From Aestuariibaculum lutulentum (GTDB taxonomy: Bacteria; Bacteroidota; Bacteroidia; Flavobacteriales; Flavobacteriaceae), in contig NZ_CP136709.1 of NCBI RefSeq assembly GCF_032926325.1, positions 2,323,861-2,347,860 of the forward strand: 24,000 nt of DNA, given 5' to 3'. The translations under genes were made by a program, and so were the position numbers. The notes below the pieces were generated by a model that was not told where the DNA came from, did not search any database, and was given only the letters and a program-made list of their open reading frames with translations. Position 1 is the stretch's first letter. Each line of letters starts with the position of its first letter. Below, in pieces: positions 1 through 8,254 of this stretch.

Positions 1-18
1 TTTTGAGTGAATAGTTTA

Positions 19-1104
19 TTATCCTAATATTCTATCCACTAATTTTTGTTTCGCCACTTCATCATCACCATGTAGCCATTGAATCACGTTATTTTGCCAG
101 ATGGCATCACGGTCGTTTTCGTTAATGATTTTACGCTCCATAGCCAAATCTAAAATTTTACCAGGGTAGGAGGATTGTTTAATGCTTTCCATTTCACCTA
201 GCGGATAAGGGTCATCTAAGCCCATCAACACCTGTTTAACGCCTTGGTTTTTTATCAATAATTCTAAAGAACCGGTATCGTGTACCAGCGTGTCGAAAAA
301 GATGTTTTTATGTCCCACAGCTTTTCGCGGGTGGTGTTTGCCTTCAAACAGATCAGGACGTCCATCAAACCCTTGAATACGACGACCTAAATTAATTTGT
401 GCTAATTGTCCCCCATGCGCAAAACACGTGCGCATATTGGGGTATTTTTCCTGATAACCGTTTAAGGTTAAAAAATGATAAGCATCGGCACATTGTGCCA
501 ACATCCAGATGAGGTGAAAGCGCCAGGAGGTATTTTCCAGTTTTATAAATTTTTCACCGTCGTAGGGGTGAATTTCTACAGCAAGATTGTATTTGTTAGC
601 CAGTTCAAAAATGGGTTCGTTTTCTTCATCAAAAATACAACGCCAGGTACCAATGGTGTCCATATAGTGCGTTGGTAAACATAGCAGACCCATACCGTTT
701 TCTTCTACACAACGCTCAATTTCCCAGCAGGCACTACGAACAAAGCCTGGGTGTACCACAAATCCGCAGGTAAATTTACTAGGGTACTGGTGTTGAATAC
801 GGGCATTAAAGTCGTTTTGGAAACGTAAGGCTTGTTTCATTTCTTCAACACGTAAACCATTGCCATAAAGCTGAGAAAGGTTTAAAACTACCGCATGGTC
901 AATTTTGTAACGCTCCATCCATTCCAGTTTTTCATGAAGAAAGAAACTGGAATCCGTAACCGGACGTTTCCAATCTTTTTGTAGCATAAATTTTCGGTCT
1001 TTATCCACCCAAAAAATGCCTTTTTCACGCATAAAATCTGGAATTTCTTCAGGGTAGGGCAAAAGGTGTGAGTGTCCGTTAATTCGAAGTTTACGTTGTT
1101 CCAT
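19..1104 (-). CDS. amidohydrolase-2 family decarboxylase, probable 2-amino-3-carboxymuconate-6-semialdehyde decarboxylase (ACMSD)
   Basis: 361-aa ORF with ATG start. It has an N-terminal HxH metal-ligand motif (INGHSHLLP) and a late acidic motif (GLDDPYP), both typical of the amidohydrolase_2/ACMSD family. It lies 31 nt downstream of, and co-directional with, 3-hydroxyanthranilate dioxygenase. The specific function is assigned from context. Confidence 0.75.
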   Translation of the reverse strand: MEQRKLRINGHSHLLPYPEEIPDFMREKGIFWVDKDRKFMLQKDWKRPVTDSSFFLHEKLEWMERYKIDHAVVLNLSQLYGNGLRVEEMKQALRFQNDFNARIQHQYPSKFTCGFVVHPGFVRSACWEIERCVEENGMGLLCLPTHYMDTIGTWRCIFDEENEPIFELANKYNLAVEIHPYDGEKFIKLENTSWRFHLIWMLAQCADAYHFLTLNGYQEKYPNMRTCFAHGGQLAQINLGRRIQGFDGRPDLFEGKHHPRKAVGHKNIFFDTLVHDTGSLELLIKNQGVKQVLMGLDDPYPLGEMESIKQSSYPGKILDLAMERKIINENDRDAIWQNNVIQWLHGDDEVAKQKLVDRILG

Positions 1105-1135
1105 AGTTGTTTAGAACTGATTTCAATTTCTAAAA

Positions 1136-1672
1136 TTAATCTTCAATCTTTACTTTTTTTGGTGGTTGCATTGTGGCACCACAATTCGGACAGGTACGCT
1201 TGTCGAGGTCACTGTAATAGGTGTCGAAAATTTTAGGCATATCGGTTTCAATATTATCTAAAGTAAAATCTTCTTCGTACAATTTTGTGGTACAGGATTC
1301 GCAAAACCAAAGCAGTGCATCTTTCATGCCTTCAGGACGTTTGTATTCAATCACTAAGCCAACGGTATTCGCGCCACGTTGCGGAGAATGCGGAACTTTT
1401 GGTGGCAATAAATAAATATCTCCTTCCTTAATATGAACATCTTTAGGTTCGCCATTATCAATAATTTTTAAAACAATATCGCCTTCCACCTGATAAAAAA
1501 ATTCCGGTGTTTCGTTATAATGGTAGTCTTTTCTGCTGTTAGGTCCGCCAACCACCATGACAATAAAATCGCCGTCTTTCCATACCACTTTATTGCCTAC
1601 CGGTGGTTTTAAAAGATGACGGTTTTCTTCAATCCAGGATTTAAAATTTAAAGGAGAAACTAATTTACTCAT
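1136..1672 (-). CDS. 3-hydroxyanthranilate 3,4-dioxygenase
   Basis: 178-aa cupin. Candidate Fe ligands sit in DYHYNETPEFFYQVEGD and VPHSPQR. A C-terminal CxxC...CxxC (CESC...CPNC) rubredoxin-like site is characteristic of bacterial HAO. Confidence 0.93.
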   Translation of the reverse strand: MSKLVSPLNFKSWIEENRHLLKPPVGNKVVWKDGDFIVMVVGGPNSRKDYHYNETPEFFYQVEGDIVLKIIDNGEPKDVHIKEGDIYLLPPKVPHSPQRGANTVGLVIEYKRPEGMKDALLWFCESCTTKLYEEDFTLDNIETDMPKIFDTYYSDLDKRTCPNCGATMQPPKKVKIED

Positions 1673-1685
1673 AGTTTTATGTTTT

Positions 1686-1724
1686 GGGCGTGCCCCTTCG
1701 GGTCGGGCTTTCCGCGCTACACGG
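1686..1724. repeat. GC-rich REP-like intergenic fragment
   Basis: gggcgtgccccttcgggtcgggctttccgcgctacacgg is a sharp GC spike in otherwise AT-rich spacer. It contains a CCC-TTCG-GGG type mini-hairpin and shares a GGCTTTCC(T)GCG core with 2600-2613. It resembles short dispersed GC-rich elements I recall from flavobacterial intergenic regions, but copy number cannot be assessed from this window. Confidence 0.3.
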
Positions 1725-1815
1725 TAGCTTGCTTCAAATACCTGTATTCACGAATTCATTAATTTTAAATTAATAATTAATGAGTAATCCCTCACGCAAT
1801 GATTCATTTCTAAAG

Positions 1816-2598
1816 TTACAAACTTTTTGTGCGTCCGCCATCAACAGGAATGTTAATTCCGTTTATGTAACTAGCCGCTTCGCTTGCCAGGAATACAATG
1901 GCATTAGCCGTTTCTTCTGGCTGGGCGAAACGTTTGGCTGGCGTGTAGTTTTTCATTATTTCTGCCATGTCTTCCACGGTACGACCTTCATTTTTAGCTT
2001 TTATTTGTATAATTTCGTTTAGACGTTCGGTTTCGGTAAAACCGGGTAGTACATTGTTTACCGTGATGCCAGAGGCAGCAACTTCGGTAGCCAGTGTTTT
2101 ACTCCAGTTTCCCACAGCACCTCGAATGGTGTTACTTACGCCAAGTCCGGGGATAGGTTCTTTAACCGATGTAGAAATGATATTCACAATTCTCCCAAAC
2201 CCTTCATCTTTCATAAACGGAATGGTAGACTGCGCCAGCACATGATTGCATTTTAAATGCTGAATAAAGGCATTATCGAATTCATCGAGACTGGCGCTAA
2301 TAATTTCGCCACTTCGAGGTCCTCCTGTGTTGTTAATTAGAATATGAAATCCGTGGTGTTTTTCAACATACTTAATCACTTGTTCCTGTAAGTCTCTTGG
2401 GTTAGAGAAATCGGCTACAATAAAATCATGTTTGTCGCTATTGGGTAATTCGGTAAGTACTTGTTTTAATTTGTCACGGTTTCGGGCCACTAGGGTTACT
2501 ATAGCACCTTCTTCGGCTAAAGCAATAGCGGTAGCTTTACCAATTCCGGCGGTACTTCCGCAAACTAAAGCGTATTTGTTTTTTAAGTTTAAATTCAT
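1816..2598 (-). CDS. short-chain dehydrogenase/reductase family protein with non-canonical active-site dyad; substrate unknown
   Basis: 260 aa. Rossmann motif GSTAGIG and NNTG are present. The position of the classical YxxxK reads S-N-T-I-R (GVSNTIRGAVGNWSKTLATEVA) by eye alignment. Same strand as the flanking kynurenine genes. Confidence 0.88.
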   Translation of the reverse strand: MNLNLKNKYALVCGSTAGIGKATAIALAEEGAIVTLVARNRDKLKQVLTELPNSDKHDFIVADFSNPRDLQEQVIKYVEKHHGFHILINNTGGPRSGEIISASLDEFDNAFIQHLKCNHVLAQSTIPFMKDEGFGRIVNIISTSVKEPIPGLGVSNTIRGAVGNWSKTLATEVAASGITVNNVLPGFTETERLNEIIQIKAKNEGRTVEDMAEIMKNYTPAKRFAQPEETANAIVFLASEAASYINGINIPVDGGRTKSL

Positions 2599-2623
2599 AG
2601 GCTTTCCTGCGTAGGCAGAAATC
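2599..2623. repeat. GC-rich REP-like fragment with hairpin abutting the SDR start codon
   Basis: aggctttcctgcgtaggcagaaatc. On the minus-strand RNA this folds as UUUCUGC-CUAC-GCAGGAA (7 bp including one G-U), ending 5 nt before the SDR ATG. It shares the GGCTTTCC core with 1706-1716. Confidence 0.3.
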
Positions 2624-2663
2624 TTTTAAAGTTAATTATTTAGTTTATTGTGATGCTTAAACT

Positions 2664-2689
2664 ACCTTTCGACTGCGCTCAAGGTGACA
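2664..2689. repeat. GC-rich REP-like fragment
   Basis: acctttcgactgcgctcaaggtgaca has an imperfect inverted repeat (acctt...aaggt) around a CGACTGCGCTC core. This motif type is one I recall as dispersed in Bacteroidota intergenic DNA, and that is not verifiable here. Confidence 0.3.
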
Positions 2690-2710
2690 TCTTTTGCATT
2701 ACAAGTTGTA

Positions 2711-4150
2711 TCAATATTTTATACATATATTTTTAGCTTCGGTAAAAAATCGTAAGGCTTCAAAACCACCTTCACGACCAACACCAGAGTCCTTTACACC
2801 ACCAAACTGCGTTCTTAAATCGCGAAGCATCCAGGTGTTTACCCAAATAATTCCTGCTTGTATATGGTTACTTAAACGCATGGCACGTTTTAAATCGTTA
2901 GTCCATAGCGTAGCCGATAAACCATATTTTACATCATTTGCCATTTGTAATACTTCGTCTTCCGTATCAAACGGCATGATGGTTACTATAGGTCCAAATA
3001 TTTCTTCCTGATTGAGCTGACAATCATTACTAGTAACTTCAACAATGGTGGGTTTTACATAATAGCCGTTTTCGTAGCCTTCAATAATAATTTTGTTACC
3101 ACCGCATAAAATAATGTGTTCTTTTTTCGCGATATCAATATACTTTAAAATCTTTTCAAAATGTTGTTTTGAAACTAAAGCGCCAATATCAGTATCTTGA
3201 TTTAATGGATGACCAACTTTCAATTGCGTTACTTTATTTACAAAATCAGTTTTAAATTGTTCGTAAATGGAACGTTCTACAAAAATGCGACTACCACATA
3301 AGCAAATCTGTCCTTGATTAGCAAACGACGATCTAACGGTTGTTTCTAACATCTTGTTATAATCGCAATCAGCAAAAATGATATTCGGATTTTTACCACC
3401 AAGTTCTAAAGATAATTTTTTGAATAAAGGGGCAGCTGTTTTGGCAATATGCGCTCCGGTTATAGTGCCTCCTGTAAAGGAAATAGCTTTAATATCGGGA
3501 TGTTCAATGATGGCTTGTCCGGTTGTAGAGCCTAAACCATGCACAATATTTAGCACGCCTTTAGGTAAGCCTACTTCGTTACAAATGTCTCCCAGTAAAT
3601 AAGCTGTTGCTGGAGTGATTTCACTGGGTTTAGCAACCACACAATTACCAGCTGCAATCGCAGGTGCAATTTTCCAGGTAAATAAATACAACGGAAGATT
3701 CCATGGAGAAATACAGCCAACAACTCCGATGGGTTGTCTTAAGGTATAGTTTACAGCATCCAAACCAATGCTTTGATGGCTTTCACTTGAAAACTGTGTG
3801 ATGGCATGCGCAAAAAAACGGAAGTTACTTGCTGCCCGGGGGATATCGATGGTTTTGGCTAAATGTATGGGTTTACCATTATCCTTGCTTTCTATTTCCG
3901 CAAAGCGATCTAAATTCGCTTCAATGAGTTCGGAAATTTTTGTTAAAATCCGACTGCGCTCGTCCAATGTGGTTTGTGACCAACTTGGAAACGCCGATTG
4001 TGCTGCTATGTACGCATTGTCGACATCTTCTTTCCCTGAATTTGGTAAACTACCATAAATTTCCCCATCGGCAGGGCAGTAGTTGTCTAGCCATTCATTT
4101 GATAAGGGATCGTGAAAATTACCGTTTATGTAGTTTTGAATTTTAAGCAT
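2711..4150 (-). CDS. NAD(P)-dependent aldehyde dehydrogenase, probable 2-aminomuconate-6-semialdehyde dehydrogenase
   Basis: 479 aa. ALDH signatures LELGGKNP and the catalytic-Cys region FANQGQICLCGSR are present. The start ATG overlaps the RidA stop by 1 nt (TAATG). The specific substrate is inferred from cluster context. Confidence 0.85.
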   Translation of the reverse strand: MLKIQNYINGNFHDPLSNEWLDNYCPADGEIYGSLPNSGKEDVDNAYIAAQSAFPSWSQTTLDERSRILTKISELIEANLDRFAEIESKDNGKPIHLAKTIDIPRAASNFRFFAHAITQFSSESHQSIGLDAVNYTLRQPIGVVGCISPWNLPLYLFTWKIAPAIAAGNCVVAKPSEITPATAYLLGDICNEVGLPKGVLNIVHGLGSTTGQAIIEHPDIKAISFTGGTITGAHIAKTAAPLFKKLSLELGGKNPNIIFADCDYNKMLETTVRSSFANQGQICLCGSRIFVERSIYEQFKTDFVNKVTQLKVGHPLNQDTDIGALVSKQHFEKILKYIDIAKKEHIILCGGNKIIIEGYENGYYVKPTIVEVTSNDCQLNQEEIFGPIVTIMPFDTEDEVLQMANDVKYGLSATLWTNDLKRAMRLSNHIQAGIIWVNTWMLRDLRTQFGGVKDSGVGREGGFEALRFFTEAKNICIKY

Positions 4151-4554
4151 TACAGTTTTTTATAGGCCATTGCTTTTATTTCAACTACCAAATCGGGATG
4201 CGGTAGTTGATGAACCGCCACTGTGGTTCTTGTTGGGCCGGTTTCTTTATCAAAAAACTCGGCGTAAGCTTTATTGTAGCCTGCAAAGTCATTCATATTA
4301 ACAAGAAAGGTAGTGACATCAACAACATCTTTAAGGGTAGCGCCTTCTTTAGCTAAATTCTTTTCAATATTTTTTATGACTTCTCGCGTTTGAACCTCAA
4401 TATTTAAATGTTTCGTATTCATTTCGTCAATAACATCAACACCTGCAATAGAATTATCAGGTCGACGGGAACTGGTACCGGAAACGAAAATGAAATCGCC
4501 CACACGTTTGGTATGCGGATAGGCCCCTCGGGGTGTTACAGCTTCGCTTTTCAT
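4150..4554 (-). CDS. RidA/YjgF family deaminase, probable 2-aminomuconate deaminase
   Basis: RidA-like sequence ([27 protein letters not shown]...[11 protein letters not shown]). I use the ATG at 4554. The ORF-track start at 4590 is a GTG that would overlap the kmo 3' end. The role is assigned by analogy with NbaF-type deaminases in 2-aminophenol/2-nitrobenzoate clusters. Confidence 0.8.
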   Translation of the reverse strand: MKSEAVTPRGAYPHTKRVGDFIFVSGTSSRRPDNSIAGVDVIDEMNTKHLNIEVQTREVIKNIEKNLAKEGATLKDVVDVTTFLVNMNDFAGYNKAYAEFFDKETGPTRTTVAVHQLPHPDLVVEIKAMAYKKL

Positions 4555-4564
4555 AGTCTTGTTT

Positions 4565-5986
4565 TTAGTGATGCATATTTTTAGCAACACGGTCTTCTTC
4601 TAAAATATGTTCGGTTTCTGCCTGAACTTGTTTTAAGGTGTGTTCAAGCCAGGTTTTGTTGTCCAGTTTAAGCGGCGTTTCTATATCGCCATCAGTTAGC
4701 ATGTTTAAAATAGCCTTGTCTTGTGCTCGTCCTCTTAACATGGCTTCGCGATAGCCTATGTTTTCATTAAAGGTTACCAGGCCGTATTTCGAGGCATAAG
4801 CTTCTGGAAATGTTTTTTCGAAAGCCATCTCTAAGTTACGCTTTTCGCGGAAAATAGCATTGTTCACATGGCCTTTCATTTCATGGAAATTATCGATGGC
4901 TAAATCGGCAATGGCATCGGTGTCTTTTTTTCGATCTGTTTCAAAGGCTTTAAAGAGGCTTTCCCAATCGGTGAAATTTTCATCTAACAATTTATCAAAT
5001 TCAGTAACATCTTCAAAGGAAGCATTCATTCCTTGACCGTAAAACGGAACAATGGCATGTGCGGCATCTCCTAATAACAAGGTATTTCCTTTATAATGCC
5101 AGGGTGAACATTTTACAGTTCCCAAAGGTGAAGTAGGGTTTTTAAAAAAGTCGTCCAAAAGATTAGGCATCAACTCTAAAGCATCTTTAAAGTAAGTTGA
5201 AAAGAATGCTGTAACGCGTTCTGGAGTTGTTAGATTATTGAAATTATACTCGCCGTCTTCATAACTTAAAAATAAGGTCACCGTAAAACTGCCATCTAAA
5301 TTTGGTAGAGCAATCAGCATAAATGAATCACGTCCCCAAATGTGTAATGCGTTTTTAAAAGTTTTAAATCCGCCATTTTCAGCAGGGAGAATACTTAATT
5401 CTTTGTAGCCATGCGTGAGATAATCCTGAGAAAAGCTGAATAAAAATTTCTTTTCTAAATAATAGCTTTTTCGAAGCACAGAACCCGCGCCATCGGTCCC
5501 GATAATGACATCGGCTGCTTTTGAAAACTCAGTTTTATCTTCATATTTATAAAAATAGGAGATCTTGTTTTCAAAATCTACCGAAGTACATTTATGGTTA
5601 AAATGAATGGTGACATTGTCTAAAGCTTCGGCTTCATTAAGGAGCAGGGCATTTAAATCTGTACGGGAAATGGAGTTGATATATTCGTTCTCCTTTCCGC
5701 TATATGGTGATAAAAAGGTGTTGCCTTCAATATCATGTAACATGCGACCATGCATAGGAATACAAAGTGGCTCTGCTTTATGTTGAATACCTACCATATT
5801 CATGGCCTTAATGCCTCGGTTGGAAAACGCAAGATTAATGGAGCGCCCGGCACTGATGTCTACTTTTCTCAGGTCAGGACGTTTTTCAAAAACTTCAACA
5901 TTAAATCCACGTTGACCAAGTCGCAAAGCAAGTAGCGAACCACAAAGTCCGGCTCCAATAATTTGTATGGTTTGGTTGTTATTCAT
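4565..5986 (-). CDS. kmo: kynurenine 3-monooxygenase (FAD-dependent)
   Basis: 473 aa. N-terminal FAD fold [17 protein letters not shown] and flavoprotein hydroxylase motif [18 protein letters not shown]. The start overlaps the kynureninase stop by 8 nt (ATGAATAA). Confidence 0.9.
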   Translation of the reverse strand: MNNNQTIQIIGAGLCGSLLALRLGQRGFNVEVFEKRPDLRKVDISAGRSINLAFSNRGIKAMNMVGIQHKAEPLCIPMHGRMLHDIEGNTFLSPYSGKENEYINSISRTDLNALLLNEAEALDNVTIHFNHKCTSVDFENKISYFYKYEDKTEFSKAADVIIGTDGAGSVLRKSYYLEKKFLFSFSQDYLTHGYKELSILPAENGGFKTFKNALHIWGRDSFMLIALPNLDGSFTVTLFLSYEDGEYNFNNLTTPERVTAFFSTYFKDALELMPNLLDDFFKNPTSPLGTVKCSPWHYKGNTLLLGDAAHAIVPFYGQGMNASFEDVTEFDKLLDENFTDWESLFKAFETDRKKDTDAIADLAIDNFHEMKGHVNNAIFREKRNLEMAFEKTFPEAYASKYGLVTFNENIGYREAMLRGRAQDKAILNMLTDGDIETPLKLDNKTWLEHTLKQVQAETEHILEEDRVAKNMHH

Positions 5987-7250
5987 TTAAAATCCCTTTT
6001 AAAATTTCAACCATGCGATAGACATCCTCGAATGAGTTGTAAAGTGGTACAGGAGCACAGCGAATAACATCGGGTTCACGCCAGTCACAAATAATGCCTG
6101 CTTCTGTTAATTTTTTATGTAATGTTTTATCGGCATTTTTTACCTGAATGGATAATTGGCAACCACGTTGATTGCTGTTTTTTGGTGTGATAATTTTAAT
6201 GTGTTCGTTGTTGAGTTCGTTGATTAAAAACTCAAAATAACCAGTTAGCTTTTTAGATTTTTCGATTAGGTTTTCAAAGCCTACGTCATTGAATAAATCT
6301 AAAGAGGCCCGAATGGCAGCCATCGAAAGTATAGGCGGGTTACTTAATTGCCAGCCTTCAGCGCCCGGAAGTTGGTCGAATTCATCGCGCATATTAAAAC
6401 GCGTTTGTTTATTGTGGCTCCACCAGCCAGTAAACCGGTTTAAGTTTTTATTGTAAGCATGGCGTTCATGAACAAAGGCGCCTGCTAAACTACCCGGACC
6501 AGAGTTTAAATATTTATAAGTACACCATACGGCAAAATCGGCGCCCGAATCGTGCAAATTTAAAGGTACGTTTCCTGCGCCATGAGCACAGTCGAAACCG
6601 ACTTTACAACCGTAGTTTTGTCCGAGTTGAGTGATGCGTTTTAAGTCGAAATATTGTCCAGTATAATAATTTACGCCACCAATCATAATAAGAGCAATCT
6701 CATTACCATTTTTTTCTAAAATAGCTTCTAAATCTTCGTATCGTAAAAGTTCTTCGCCTTCACGAGCTTTCCATAAAATAACCCCTTCTTTGTCGTCATA
6801 ACCATGATGACGTAGTTGCGATTCTACAGCATATTTATCGGAAGGGAATGCATCGGCTTCAATTAAAATTTTGTAGCGAGTTGGTGTTGGTTGATAGAAG
6901 GACACCATCATAAAGTGGAGATTGGCGGTAAGAGTGTTCATTACAACCACTTCAATAGGTTTTGCGCCAACGACCTTTGCCATACTTTCAGCTAAAAATT
7001 CATGATACGGCAACCAAGGGTGTTTGGCTTCAGTATGGCCTTCAACACCTAGGTTGGCCCAATCTTCCAATTCCTGATCAACGTAGGTTTTGGTTATTTT
7101 GGGTTGTAGTCCTAAAGAGTTACCACAGAGATAAATCAAGTCATTTCCGTGTTTGTCTTTCGGAATATGAAATTGATTTCGGTAAGAAGTCAATATGTCA
7201 TTTTGGTCTAATTCTTTAGCGAAATCAAGACCAGATTTAAAGTCGAACAA
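5979..7250 (-). CDS. kynU: kynureninase (PLP-dependent)
   Basis: 423 aa. Class-V aminotransferase-fold features (IYLCGNSLGLQP, FAVWCTYKYLNSGPG) match kynureninase. The only available start is TTG at 7250: an in-frame stop lies 10 codons upstream and there is no ATG or GTG before about residue 90. Confidence 0.92.
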   Translation of the reverse strand: MFDFKSGLDFAKELDQNDILTSYRNQFHIPKDKHGNDLIYLCGNSLGLQPKITKTYVDQELEDWANLGVEGHTEAKHPWLPYHEFLAESMAKVVGAKPIEVVVMNTLTANLHFMMVSFYQPTPTRYKILIEADAFPSDKYAVESQLRHHGYDDKEGVILWKAREGEELLRYEDLEAILEKNGNEIALIMIGGVNYYTGQYFDLKRITQLGQNYGCKVGFDCAHGAGNVPLNLHDSGADFAVWCTYKYLNSGPGSLAGAFVHERHAYNKNLNRFTGWWSHNKQTRFNMRDEFDQLPGAEGWQLSNPPILSMAAIRASLDLFNDVGFENLIEKSKKLTGYFEFLINELNNEHIKIITPKNSNQRGCQLSIQVKNADKTLHKKLTEAGIICDWREPDVIRCAPVPLYNSFEDVYRMVEILKGILNE

Positions 7251-7411
7251 AATAGTTTCGTTTAGTTTTCTAAAAAATTATGTTTCCTAAAGTTAGGAAT
7301 AAAGTTGTTAACCTACTCTAATTTCAACTTCTAAATTTTGTATATTTAATGAAATGTATTGATTATTAGTGGCTTTGGTGATGGGTGGATAAATTCGAAA
7401 GTTTTATAACA

Positions 7412-8203
7412 ATGGAAATTAATGATGTATGGAAAGCAGGAGACCCGTATGAATACTTTATGGGAAGATGGAGTTCATTAATGGCTGCAAAATTTCTTAA
7501 ATGGCTAGATGCAGGTTTGGGAAAAAACTGGCTTGATGTTGGTTGTGGAACAGGTGCCTTAAGTGAGTCTATTGAACAACATTGTAAGCCAATGAGTTTA
7601 AGTTGCATCGATCCGTCAGAGGGTTTTATTGAACAAGTGAAACAGAGAATTTTAATTACCGGTCAATTTAGAGTTGGAAGTGTTGAGAATTTACCGTTTA
7701 AAAATGAAAGTTTCGAGGTGGTAGTTTCTGGTCTTGCCTTGAATTTTTTTCAGAATTTAGAAAAAGCACTATCTGAATTAAAAAGAGTTTCTAGACCTAA
7801 TGGTGTTATTGCGGCTTATGTTTGGGATTATTCCGATAGGATGGATTTCTTGAGGTATTTTTGGGATGCAGCTTATCAAATTGATTCAAAATCAAAAGTA
7901 TTCGATGAGGGATTACGATTTCCAATTTGTAATTCAGAGAACTTAATTAAAGCATTCGAAAAGGCCAATCTAAAAAATATTGAATCGACTAAACTTGATA
8001 TAGAAACAAATTTTAAAAATTTTGATGATTATTGGAATCCATTTTTAGGAGGACAAGGTCCAGCACCAAGTTATTTAGCTTCTTTGGATAGTGAGCATAA
8101 GGAAGCTTTAAAAAGCAATCTTCAAGAAAGACTAAAATCTGAATCTGGTGGTTTAGTGAAGCTGTTAGCAAGAGCCATAGCTATTAAGGGAAAGTTTAAG
8201 TGA
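7412..8203 (+). CDS. class I SAM-dependent methyltransferase
   Basis: Motif I LDVGCGTGALS and a Methyltransf_11-like core. ATG at 7412 (MEINDVWKAGDPYEYFMGRWS) is preferred. The ORF-track start at 7385 is a GTG that adds 9 aa, and the choice remains unresolved. Confidence 0.85.
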   Translation: MEINDVWKAGDPYEYFMGRWSSLMAAKFLKWLDAGLGKNWLDVGCGTGALSESIEQHCKPMSLSCIDPSEGFIEQVKQRILITGQFRVGSVENLPFKNESFEVVVSGLALNFFQNLEKALSELKRVSRPNGVIAAYVWDYSDRMDFLRYFWDAAYQIDSKSKVFDEGLRFPICNSENLIKAFEKANLKNIESTKLDIETNFKNFDDYWNPFLGGQGPAPSYLASLDSEHKEALKSNLQERLKSESGGLVKLLARAIAIKGKFK

Positions 8204-8254
8204 AATTTATTAATAGCTTCCTATATATTAATTTATAACTTAATAGATAACATC

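Noticed and set aside
1686-1724. The GC-rich patch might be a tRNA or other structured RNA gene fragment
   Set aside because: There is no cloverleaf-compatible arrangement and no T-loop (GTTCGAATC-like) or anticodon stem. At about 40 nt it is too short. A REP-like fragment explains it better.
1757-1782. 8-bp perfect inverted repeat CATTAATT-N10-AATTAATG between the SDR and HAO genes (possible operator or terminator)
   Set aside because: It is purely A/T in an AT-rich spacer. A rough estimate gives about 0.5 such repeats expected by chance in a region of this size and composition. The stem would be too weak for an intrinsic terminator. It is worth only a footprinting glance.
4555-4590. N-terminal extensions in the ORF track that use GTG/TTG or an upstream ATG: RidA 4590 (GTG), Nif3 12325, kinase 15679 and lipA 17610 (all TTG), lpxK 12396 (upstream ATG)
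   Set aside because: In each case an internal ATG gives a family-typical N-terminus. For Nif3, lipA and the kinase, a perfect TAnnTTTG box lies downstream of, or over, the extended start. The RidA extension would overlap the kmo 3' end by 26 nt.
475-7608. Short antisense ORFs across the kynurenine cluster (475-678, 1221-1415, 1780-2022, 1967-2245, 2432-2614, 2694-3011, 3378-3602, 3798-4058, 3940-4146, 5750-5935, 6962-7219, 7366-7608)
   Set aside because: Each overlaps a confidently identified gene on the opposite strand. All are 60-105 aa with no motifs and compositionally odd sequences. None has a -7 box or its own spacer.
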